The notes below the pieces were generated by a model that was not told where the DNA came from, did not search any database, and saw nothing but the letters and a program-made list of their open reading frames with translations. From Trichosphaerium sp. ATCC 40318 (Eukaryota; Protista; Tubulinea): a stretch of 64,000 nucleotides of DNA. Position 1 is the first letter of the stretch. Every line of letters starts with the position of its first letter. The translations under genes and the position numbers were made by a program. Location: assembly GCA_038496445.1 (NCBI GenBank), contig JALMLS010000577.1, forward strand, positions 930,001 to 994,000, in the 5' to 3' direction. Positions 38,890 to 50,457 of the stretch are shown here, in pieces.

Positions 38890-41840
38890 ATGCAAGGATC
38901 ACAGTCGTATCGCCACCAAGGATCATACAACCATGAATTAGCAAAAGAATATGAAGAATCGCTTCGAGAACTTACTTTCAATTCTAAGCTTATAATAAAT
39001 AATTTAACTATCATCGCAGACGAAAATATTAAACATGCAAGAGAAATAGTTGATGTTGTGTGGCGAAGAATGCTTCAGGTGCGTTACCGTACAACGCATT
39101 GCCTTTAGCTATACGCTACAGCGTTAATTTACGCGGTTTGGCATACTTTAGTTCGTGCCAATCGCCCAGTAAGCAAGAGGGCGAACTTGGAAGCGTTATT
39201 AATTTTAAACCCTCCGTTTTATTAACTGTAGTACTCCTTAGAGCCCTCCAAACGCTAAATTACCTGTTATTTACCTGATGGACTCGATCTTGAAAAATGT
39301 TGGAGGAGTTTACTTAGACATGTTCGCAAAAAACTTGTTTTACAACGTAACGTCTACGTTTGATAAAGTAGACTCTCAAACTCGTAACCTAATAACTTCG
39401 CTTGTTGAAACTTGGAAACAGTCTCGCCTGTTTGCTCCTAATCTTATAACGCGCATCGAAGTCAGAATGCATAACGTATTGAAATCAGGTTATAACCAAC
39501 AAGGGTATGGTAATCAACCACCGCCTGTACATAATAGAGGAAGCGTAACAACAGGATCTACAGGCAAGTAACCGTTAACGACACAAATTGACAAGAAAAA
39601 AACAAACTCATATGACACTTCGCCTTCTCACAACGCAATTAGACTCTCAGAACCTCTATCATCTTGAAACGCAAATATTACAGCGTCTCGCCGTCCTTAT
39701 GGGCAAACACAACGTGAACTTTCTCCAAATGTCTAACCAAGCCCGCCAACAAGAGCGTACAGCTTTATTGCTTCAAGTTCAATCCGAATTAGGGACAGCG
39801 GCGAACCCTAACCAAGAAGTCGTTATTCTTCTCCAACAGCTACAACAGCTTTACCTACACATTAATCAAAGCCCTCCGCAACAGCCCCAAAACATCCCAC
39901 CTCCCCAGCCGCACTTACACAACCAAAATAACGGCGCAATGCCAAACCTTGTACCAAATTATCGCGAACACAACCCTAGTATGACAAATAGCCACGGTAA
40001 TGCGCGTGCTGGTAGGCAAGTGCGTCGTGACGCGCCTACCGGTATGGGAGGTCCTAAAAACGGTTCTGGATTAGCTAATGCAAATTTGACCGGTTTGTTA
40101 AAAACTTTGAAGTCAATGGGAAAGTCTAGTTCAGGAAAATCTCAAGGTGGGTCTACGAGCCAACATACGAACCCACGAGGTAGGCAACAAGATAATTGGA
40201 ATCGTCGTGCTACTATGCCTAAGCTTAGTTTCCGAGACTTGTCCTCATTGAAACGGTACGGTGTCTTTGTTTTTTTTGGATGACAGTTTTTGAACTTGAT
40301 TTTTTGTGGCGCTGTTTGAGATTGTTTGAGGACTTACTTCTGTTTTTTGTTGTAGGAAGAGTGTGGCTGTTATTAATAGTTTATATTCTGATTTTAAATG
40401 TCAATGTACTCAATGTGGTATGAGATTTAGAAAAGCAGAAGAACTTAAACCGCACGTCCAATGGCACTTTGAAATTAACTACAGGAAACGTAATATTCGT
40501 ATATCTCGTGTATGGTTCCAACAAAAAAACGTGCGTATAATTTTCTTGTATACTAGCGCCATAAACAAAGATAATTCGAGCGTTGTTAGACGTCTGCTAT
40601 TTGTTGTTGTTGTTTTTTTTTTGAATTTGTTTAATGCCATTGAAGCCTTTCTAAAGTTATTTTTTAGCAATGGATAAGACCTACTCAAGCTTTGATCGAA
40701 CATAAATCGAAACAAGGTACAAATATTATTCTCCTTATCTCTACAATCACGTGATATTTTATTTTTTTTCAAACTGACACGCGACATTTTAGAAGAAAAG
40801 AAAAAGGCTGAAGAAGCGAAGATTGGCCCTAAGTCTCGTGTTCCAGCACCTAAAGATGGATCTACACCTGTTTGTGCTCTTTGCATGGATTCTTTGGAGA
40901 AGCCAGAATGGGATAGGTATGTAAAGTTTACTTTATTGTCTTCTTGTGTTATTGCACTTTTACAGCAATATTTTTATAAATGTTGCTTGTGTCTTTATAC
41001 AGAGATTAATCATGGACGGTACTGTGCTCATATACTGCGAGATAATAAAATAATAATAATGCTTGAGAGTCGATAGTATTTGACTTTTGAAAAAAAACCA
41101 AAAAAAAACCAAAGAGCACGTGAAAAAAAAGCAAAAAAGCGAAACTTGTTATCTCGTATCGTTTGAAAAAAAAAATCAGAAAGAAATAAGAAAAAAAAGC
41201 CAGTGCTACGCCCTCGATAACTCTCCCTTATACTTTTGAGTATGAGTGTTAACATGATATTATTTTTACGTGTTGTTTCGCGGTAGAGCACACGTATTTG
41301 TCTCCATGGTGTCCTGTTTGATAAGACCGTAAAGATGGAATTCGGAAGTTAGCTATAAAAATTGTTTCAGATATTCAACATTTTCTTGTTGGTTTTCTTC
41401 ATCAATCTTTACGATTTTTTTTTGAAACTTGACATTTACAATTCGATAGTGATTTAGAAGAGTGGATGTGCGATGATGCAGTAATGGTAGATGGAAAGTA
41501 TTATCACAGGTATGAAATCTTTACTTTTTTTGGTTTTTGGTTTTTGTTTATGATTTTATCTCGTTTTGTTGACACTCTCTCACTAGCTCCTGTCATACTG
41601 CTTTACAAAACCAGAGCCCGCAAATACCTCGAAAGTCAGTATCTCATATAAAGAAAGAAGTACAGATAAAACCAGAGCCTGCAAGCACTTCTGAAGGTGG
41701 CACAAAGCGACCACAACTTGAGGTACCTTTATTTTTATGACGAAAGACAGCTTTATTGTATTTGTTTTTTCTTATCTTTTGTTTAGAGTTCAATTGCACC
41801 TCCAGCAAAGAAGCCTAGGTTAGAAACACCAAAGGCATAA
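38890..41840 (+). CDS. PCF11: Pre-mRNA cleavage/termination factor Pcf11; multi-exon
   Basis: CID domain (EYEESLRELTFNSKLIINNLTIIADEN, KLPVIYLMDSILKNVG), Q-rich linker, zinc finger CQCTQCGMRF..HVQWHF, SRVWF Clp1-binding motif, and a second zinc finger CALC..W..EEWMCDDAV..YYH..C. Confidence 0.93.
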
Positions 41841-42118
41841 TAGCTTTCATTGTAAAATAGATCAAAAAATGTAAAAGAAAAACCCACAAAAACAATGTAA
41901 ACATACAAAAAATGGAATAAAAAATCAAAAACACATAATACGAGAATAAGAGACTCTCAAAATTTTTATTCTACAACTATTTTAATATGTTGTTTTAACT
42001 ACATATTGAAGAGATCATCCCACGTGACTGTGATGAGTGTAATAAATTAAAGTACGCAAATACTTTGATTTGGTTTTTCGAATGAATTGAAGAAAACAGT
42101 TTTAATGGTTTTTTGACG

Positions 42119-43600
42119 TTACACTGTTGCTTCTTGGTTTTGTATTTCTTCTCCATTTTCAGCCCAATATCTCTTATCATATTCTATATTAAAATCACAT
42201 ACCTCATCTACCAGTACATTAGTATTCACCGTTTTTGGGGTTTTGTCAATATGTACCAATACTGTAATCAAGAGTGCCACCAAAGTCGACATGTAGTTGA
42301 TCTTTGTCAACAAAATCAAGTACCCTTGAAGGATCTTTTACAATTTCAATCTGTATTTATAGTTAGAGATTTACTTGCAAACAGACAAAGGAAAGAACAA
42401 AACACGAATTGTATTTTGTGCTGTAGAAATTTTTTTGGTTTTTTGTTTGGTTAGTACCCTCTTCATTAGCTTTTTCTTCATGAAAAGCTTTGCAATCCCA
42501 AATAGAATTTTCATAATAACAGGAGGATTAAGAATTAAAATCTTCTTTACACGCATAGGAAATGTTTCCTGGACATCTTTCATTATCTTTTGTTGAAATT
42601 TCATATCCATATTTTTCATTGTAAATCCTTTCAAATCTTCTACCATTACTATGCCATTTCTAGCCATATCAATGCTAATAGTGTATAAGTATAAAGTATT
42701 ATATTAGGTAAAGCAATCTTTTACATACTTTCCCTCACAGTAAGCACCAACAAGATTCTGCCAAACCATAAACTCTACCATTTTTCTGAATGAATCTTCT
42801 TTATACTTTCCTGGCTCTAAATGTCTTGGAACAAAATATAAAACGCCATATCCATCTTTAGACCGTGCATTAGGTATATTATAAGCGTATCTGTATAAGC
42901 ATTAGTACTTAGTACAGTCATAGAATCGAGGATTTTTGTAAGATTGTTGTTTGTACCCAGTTCTCATTATGTCTATATCAAGATCTGCTAGTTTTGGTAT
43001 CTTTGTAATCTTATGTTTCTTGAGGAAAGCTTCTAGATTCTCTAACATCTTTACAGTACGATCTATATCAAGTTTACGAGACATGAGGCATCCAAGAAGG
43101 TATCTGTCGGTGTGTTCTAATTCAGTAAGATCAAATAAAACACGTGTATCAAAGCAAGAGGCGCTAGCGAAAATACTAGCTTGCTGTCAAACGAATGAAA
43201 CATGAAAACCGGTAATATTGAACGCAAATTTCTGGTTACTAGGGTAATCGAAAATAGGAGTCGAAAACCACGTGATAGAACGAATCTTTTTTTGTGGCAA
43301 GATAAATTTTTGAAAATACTCCTAGCGAGTGAAGGCATCTGTTAACGTACTTTTAGCGAGATCACAAGTGTTTTTTAGTTTCTCTAAAGCTTCTTTTTCT
43401 TCAGGAAACAATTGGTCTTCAAGAGGCATCTCGTTGTACTCACCAATGACTACCTTGACGTAGAGTTAACTCAACAGAAATATTTGTGGTGTTTGCAGCT
43501 ATTTATTTTTAAAGCGAACCTCATGGCCTTCAACCCTTCCTCGGCATTTACTCTTTGTTTTTTCATCCTTTTTAGACGTGTTGCGCTTTGTTTTGGACAT
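42119..43600 (-). CDS. CRAL-TRIO (Sec14/alpha-TTP-like) lipid-binding protein; multi-exon
   Basis: RYLLGCLMSRKLDIDRT, ARNGIVMVEDLKGFTMKN, ETFPMRVKKILILNPP, DQLHVDFGGTL. Confidence 0.88.
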
Positions 43601-43996
43601 GTTGGTTTATGAACTTCTCGGTTTTTAGTAATTTTTGCGAGTTTTCGTGACTTTTTTCGACAAAGCTCCGGGATGGTCTATTTCGCGTTATTTCTGTTAC
43701 TAGGCATTTGGTGTGTTTGTTGGCTTATCCTCTAATTTTATCCACAACCCCAAAACAGTGGAAACCCCACAGAATTGGTTTCGAAAAGAGAATTGCTAAA
43801 TATGTACATGTGAGCTTGGCACCGCCTTTGGCGTAGACTTCTTTTAAGCTCTTGACTCAACTTGCGTTCTACTACTATTTCTTTGATATTTCGTTCCTTT
43901 CGTTAGTGTAAGTTTTCCAATACTATGTTCTTCTCGTATAAAACATTGACACATTGACACGTGTGTAGCGCTGCTGGTATGATACAAACATGCCTG

Positions 43997-44080
43997 AAGA
44001 GATGTTTAGATATCTGAGATATTCTGGATACTTGTGAAATTATCTAGTTTGTCTAGATCTCAGATATCTAAACATCTCTT
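43997..44080. repeat. Perfect 24-bp inverted repeat (hairpin)
   Basis: aagagatgtttagatatctgagat (43997-44020) ... atctcagatatctaaacatctctt (44057-44080). Confidence 0.92.
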
Positions 44081-44219
44081 GACAAAATTGCAGTATAGCA
44101 ATAATGCCCGCGATGAAGTGGTAGTATTCTCAACCTACAAACGAATCTATTGTGGTTTGATGTGTGAATGGGTACGAGCAAAGAACTATGACAACTCTTC
44201 AAACACGTGTGATGCCGTT

Positions 44220-44400
44220 TAAGTTCTTGCTGACTTGAAGCACACTAGCAGTTATACAACACTTGCGAAAAGAAGAATATTTCAACAAAGCTTGTACGAA
44301 GTTACCTCCAACTGAGAGAATCAAAGAACAACAGAGATAATAACCAAGATACACACGAAGTAGATGAACCGATAGAATAGACCAGAACAGCTATATATCC
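44220..44400 (+). repeat. Degenerate dispersed copy of 16790-17050 (opposite strand)
   Basis: Exact blocks aagttacctccaact (44299-44313 = reverse complement of 16864-16878) and cgaagtagatgaaccgatag (44356-44375 = reverse complement of 16807-16826), in collinear order. Confidence 0.75.
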
Positions 44401-44735
44401 CCCTTTTTTAAATCTGTATTGTATTCTTTTCTTTGTCAAAACTTTCATCACTCAATCTCGATTGGATGATGAGGCCACTCCCTTGAATACTGGCCAAGTC
44501 GATGCACTCCTAACTTTAAAACAGCTACCCAAAATTATGGGTCTTAAATGTAGCCGTAGACTTAATAAACAAAACATTCATTCATTCAGTTATACAACAC
44601 CGCCCATAGCTATATTTCCACATAGCCTTCTCTAACAGAAAAGTCTCGGTGTATTTCGGTTATCATTTAGCCCCTTTGCTCTCTGAAACAGGGCCAGAGC
44701 GTGTTGGCCCTCTTTTATAGACAACTTAGCTGAAA

Positions 44736-45434
44736 ATGGAGGAAGAATGTCATGTTACGTCCTTTCGTTAGCTAGGCAACACGTGGCTTTTTGTTGACAA
44801 CATACAATAGGTCATTGAGAAAAATGAGCGTTTTCAGCTCATTCTCCTTCCGCCAGAGCTTCAACTCGATATTACAGAGTTAGATCGTGAAGTATATTTA
44901 AAATGGCCATTGTTATCCAAACAAATGGCAACAGCCACGAGGTTTGATAATGCTTTGAAAAAAAATGGTAAATGGTTACAGATACGATGCAAAAAAACGA
45001 GGTGTATATTGTTTGAAAGCCATAGGTATTGGAGAAATGGTGCACTTGAGAGAGAATCAAAGATTGAATGGTTCAGAAAAAGAGGTGCAACACAGGGAAA
45101 GAGGATCCAAAAGCATTTGAGGTTTGGTAACCTTCATGGAGAATACAAAGAGTGGTACAGAAATGGGACATTACGAACTCAAAAGTATTATTACAATGGG
45201 AAGCTTGAAGGTGAGCATAAGGGTTGGCATAAAGATGGAAGTTTAGAACACTGTCATCATTATGTCAGTGATAAACTAGAAGGAGAGAGTAAGGTTTGGT
45301 ATGAGAATGGTCAATTATTTCGACATAGCATCTATGTCAATGATAAACTAGAAGGACTGTATACAGAATGGAAATACAACGGTCAATTAAAACTACAAAT
45401 AAAGTACGCCAACAATATACAAGTAAGAGAGTAA
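44736..45434 (+). CDS. F-box-like + MORN-variant (MORN_2) repeat protein, copy 1
   Basis: The frame upstream of the listed ORF reads FQLILLPPELQLDITELDREVYLKWPLLSK (F-box-like), followed by HGEYKEWYRNG..YYNGKLEGEHKGWHKDG repeats. A short first exon (MEEECH) is inferred. Confidence 0.75.
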
Positions 45435-46251
45435 ACAAAGGATCATGTCAATTTAATAAGAACTATTGAAGACATGTAGCATAATAAATCAGTACATTGC
45501 TCCAGGCTATAAGTTGTCCAAGATTATCGTTTCTAAATGATTACTAAATACTTTGTAGTAAGTAGTACAATAACATATCATGTGAATTTTGTTGTACAAT
45601 ATTGTTAGTATATCTACTAACATGTTGCACTGGTGTCTGTTAGTAGAAAAGCACAATAACTTAATACGCGATCTTTACTATATTTTCACAGGGTTGTAGG
45701 GCAAATGTAGTTGTAAACAGTAAGGAGAATTCTAAATTATGATAACAGTTATTTTCTGAAAATACTTTTCACGTGCTACTAGATTACTTGTACAAGCGCT
45801 ACTTATTAAATTACACGTATTTGCAGTATAAGAATGTTTGCTATCTATCAGAAAGATAGTTTAATTACCGTGACTAGAAGTGCTGATCCCACTAAACAAG
45901 GGAGGTCCATACGATATTGATGAATCTCAATCAATCTGTCATTCGTGATGTTTCAAACTTGTGGGAACTGAGTATACTACTGAAGCATAGTCGTCGGCAT
46001 GGTTGCGCTAGCGCCACGTCAGGTGGCGTGCAGTATTCACAGTAGATATCAAGTTTCAGAAAAGCGGCTTACTTAAAGTGCATAAGTGAGATAGTTGCTT
46101 AGAATTCTCCTTACCTTTACAACGCTTCCTATAACACGGCGAAGCTATACTATACTCCTGGTAGCGACTTTACCACTTCCGCGAGGATATTATTAGCAAA
46201 TAGCATTACACCTTATTTAAGCCAATGTTTACACTATTTATAGACAAACTA

Positions 46252-47117
46252 ATGGAAAAAAAGAAGGGAGGTCGATTTAGTGTGCGTTCCTTTGTTCAAC
46301 ACAAAAAAAAAACACGTGAGAAATTGAAAACAAACACGTTTTGTTCGTTGTGTTTGATATTTTTATTTATCTTCAAGACGTTTTTGGTTTTAGTTCGTCT
46401 TGTACATTACTCTGGAATCGCTCTGTTCTCACGTGTTTGTTTCTGACAAAATATTAGCGAGATGAAAAAAATGAATCTGATAATAAGGTCATTGAGAAGA
46501 ATGAGCGCTTTCAGCTTATTCACCTTCCGCCAGAGCTTCAACTCGATATTACAGAGTTAGATCGTGAAGTGTATTTAAAATGGCCATTGTTATCCAAGCA
46601 GATGGCAACAGCCACGAGGTTTGATAGTGCTTTGAGAAACCACGGTAAATGGTTACAGAAAAGACGCAAAGAAGAGAGGCGAATCATTTTAAAAGAAGGT
46701 CAAAGGTATTGGAGAAATGGTGTACTCGAGAGAGAATCAAAGATTAAATGGGTCATAAACAACCAAGGAGAAGAAGTAAAAGTAAGGCAACAATACTGGA
46801 GGTTTGGTAACCCCCATGGAGAATACAAAGAGTGGTACAGAAATGGTACATTACAAACTCAAAAGTATTATGACAATGGCAAGCTTGAAGGTGAGCATAA
46901 GGGTTGGTATGACGATGGAAACAAAGAATACTGTTTTACACATGTCAATGGTAAACAAGAAGGAGTGTGTAAGGTGTGGCATACAAACGGACAATTGGAA
47001 GTACTATGTAACTATGTTAATGGTAAACTTGAAGGAGTTTACAAGAGGTGGTACAAAGATGGTAGGGTTATTGACCAACATATTTACGTCGATGGTATAG
47101 AACAAGAGGTGGAATAA
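46252..47117 (+). CDS. F-box-like + MORN-variant repeat protein, copy 2
   Basis: Paralog of the 44736 gene (FQLIHLPPELQLDI; G.L.G....W..NG repeats). A short first exon MEKKKGGRFS followed by a GTGCGT intron is inferred. Confidence 0.75.
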
Positions 47118-47491
47118 AACAACCTCAGCAGCGAAAGACAGTTGTAATTTTTTGCTACAAATTAGGTTACTATTAGTAATAGCCCTAGTGTAGTACAGTT
47201 GTAAGTGTACGATTAAATAAAAAGTGAGATGTAATCTACCATACATGTTTTTGACTTGCGAACGTAATAACAATCGCACAACATTCCTTATCGACAACAA
47301 GAAAATGTCTAACAGTATAGTTTCAATAGTACTTGTGATGATGCACTTGCTCTTGAAAGGTTTATAAATACCCAGGCTATCATCAAGTGTGCATGTTATG
47401 ACAACCTTGCCGGCAAGCAATGTATGATACCAAAACCACTGTGAAAAAGTCATGAACAGTCAAACTCAACTTTATAATCGCGATTGCCGGA

Positions 47492-49716
47492 ATGGACAAC
47501 AAACAAGCTATTTTAGAACGCCAAAAGAAGTTTGCTTTTGCGGGTAAGATGCTGTCTGATAGCGTCTGTAATAACTGGGTGGTACATTCAACAAAAAGCG
47601 TTTGTTTTTAGATCATTTGTTTTGTGTTCTCGCTTTACGCTCATATATACCGTAGAACGTTGCTGGAGAAGCATGTTGTTATGTTACAGGCAAAACTGAA
47701 GAGAATCTAATCAAAGAAAAAGAATACTATAATATCACGTATCAAACAGGAGAAGCTCCATATCACGTGATTTCTAATGCAGGTACAAAAGAAAAAAACC
47801 CGCTAGCTTTTGTGGCTTGTATTCGGTTTTTCACGTGATTTAGGAGATGAGCACGTGGCTAGTAAGTTCAAAAGAGGTGTTGGGACGTTGAAAACGTATC
47901 TTGCTGATTTTATAGAATACAAGATACGTAATGAAAACGGCGGTACTCTCAATGGATTAAAAATACGTGTGATGGTTCAGAAATATGATTCAATGACTCT
48001 GACGATTTACGGTCAAAAAACAACGGTGAGGTTCTTCAAAAGGGTTTTTTACATATCGCAGGAGGTACTATACGCGTAATAAATTATATACAAGGTAAAC
48101 TAATGCAATATAAGAGCGCTCTTGGTGAGATTTTCTTATTTGCAGTTTATGCCAAAGAATTCGAACGTGGTTGTGGGTATAAAAATAACGATAGCTGGGT
48201 TTATCTCTCGTATATGGACTCAACACGTACGTTAAAATAGTTCCTTATAAATACAAGAATTCATATTCTGGTTGTTACTAACATCACTTGTTCTCTTTTG
48301 TAGCTTACTATGAGAGAAATAACTTACCAATGAGGCTATGTAAAGTTGTATTGAATGCTTATTTGGAATATGTAAGTGCATTGGGTTTTGCTTTTGCTCA
48401 GATTTGGTCTTGTGCTCCACAAAAAGAACAGCCATTCTTTGTTTTTAATTGTGGTGATGGGAAGGTTTTACGATCAAACGCTAGCTTAGTTGAATGGTAC
48501 AAAAACAAGTCAAAAACCCGTTGAGAGGTTCCCTTTACCTCTAAATTTTCTGTAATGGCTTCGTATGGCGACAAGGTGGTGTAAGCCAATGCCACGAATA
48601 TGCCTCTGAAAAAAACCACAGTGTAAAACAGAAGGAGCTCGAGTTGACGAAAATACAATCTTCCAAGAGAGTGTTATTCTAATCTTTTGTTGTCAGGTAC
48701 AAAAAAGCACTTGGTAAGGGAGAATGGAGCTATGAGCTTATAATGAATAAAGCTGTTGCAGAAGGTTTACCAGTATTCGGAGAAGCAAACGAACAAATGA
48801 CAAACGTAAGTAGCCACAACTCTTCCTTGACAGTTCCTCGACAGAGTTCCTTATTCTTCTTTTTTTTTGTCAAGTGTACACGTGAATTTCTTTCGGTTTT
48901 TTTAACGACTTGTTTTCACGTTTAGGGTGGTACACGTTATGTAAGTGGTAATATATTCTTCATAAGACTATTCGAAGGACAAAACCAGAAAAGGAGAAAG
49001 TACTTTGCAATGTACTATGAAACAGTCGAAGAATGTTCAACAAGTGTTTCTGATAGGTACAGAGTTTGTCTAAACTTTGACTTTTCTACAAGAGAAAAAG
49101 CACTACAGAGCACAAAGGCACTCCTAGGAGACTCATACTTCTGTCCTATAAACAAAAAAAGAATAATCAATCCCAAATGGATAACACAAACCCCGAGAGA
49201 GAACACTATTAAAAATGACTCAAATCAATGTCAAAATGATGCAACAACGAACCAAAGTTTTTTGAAGTTACATATCTCAAGGAGAATGTCAACTGAAACT
49301 TATCCTGTAAATCATATAGAACATCTCTCTTGGGCTAACAGACCTTTTATTGCTTCATTTTATACCGACGGGACGTAAGTACAGCGCAAATTCACTCATG
49401 TTCTTAAACGAACTTTTCACATTGTTTTTTTTTTCTTTCATGTTACTCTCACGCTTAATGTAATTCTTGCAACTCTCGATCTAACTTTTTTTTTAACCAT
49501 AGGATACTAGAACGTTGTCCTGTAACCAAGACATCATTCAGAACAACAAAGATCGAGTATAAAGGATGGAATGGCAAAAATTGTGTTGCTATGGTTGGAG
49601 AAAGAGGTCTTCTTACAATGAGAGAAGGAGATTCTGTACCTCACTGGAGCGCTTTCTTAGAATATATAACATGGGATTTATCACCATGGTCATTGACAGT
49701 ACTTCTACCAAACTAA
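47492..49716 (+). CDS. Divergent p300/CBP-type (KAT11) histone acetyltransferase-domain protein; multi-exon
   Basis: IFLFAVYAKEFERGC..WVYLSYMDS, AYLEYVSALGFAFAQIWSCAP, LVEWYKKAL, GLPVFG and FDFSTREKALQSTKALL parallel the p300 motifs VYISYLDS, GYLEYV..HIWACPP, LQEWYKKML, LPYFEG and EFSSLRRAQWST. Confidence 0.75.
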
Positions 49717-50457
49717 TCAAAGAAAATAAAAAAAGAAATGGCGCTGCGTTGCCGTATTAAATACTACAGCTTTCATACTTAATGTACATGTATCTCAGCT
49801 GTAAAAAATACTAAAGCAAGAATGCGAAAATAATTTCACTTGAGATTGCCTCTAAGGTTTGAGATTCCGACAGATGGGTTCTACGACTGTAACATTGTTA
49901 TAATGCATGGGTAGTTACTAAAGACGCGCATTCACAACGTCACGTTATATCGCGCAGGTTGGCCGATCCTCCTTGTAACGCATGAACCGTTTCCTACTCG
50001 CGTCTTTAGCCATTTTTCCCATTACCGGGTGTAAGCTTACAATGTGACGTTTCGCCTTTTCCCAAAATACTTTGAGTTTGTGCTTTACACTTACTATGAT
50101 TGCGGTATACACCCTATAATTGTATTAACATACTGTACACCAAACCGGTCATTCCTAAGCCGGCGGTCAGGGAAACATAGCCAGAACGTAAGCGCACCAC
50201 GTGACGGAGCAATACGCACCACGTGACAGAGTAATTCGCGTGAAAGCCACTTTCGTTCAAAAAAAAAAAAAAGATCCTTAAAAACAAGGCCGACATTTAA
50301 CATGTATCATTATCGAAACAAAAAAGGGAACAGGTATACAGAGGGGTATAATTTTGGGGTTTGTATTTGTTTATAGGGTTTTTTTTTTTTAGACATGTAG
50401 TTACAATTATTTTACGTAGTGGGTGGTTTTCTAGTGTTACAAGTGGGGGAAATTAAA

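Noticed and set aside
47004-47453. 149-aa minus-strand ORF
   Set aside because: Overlaps the MORN gene antisense, has no motif, and is likely spurious.
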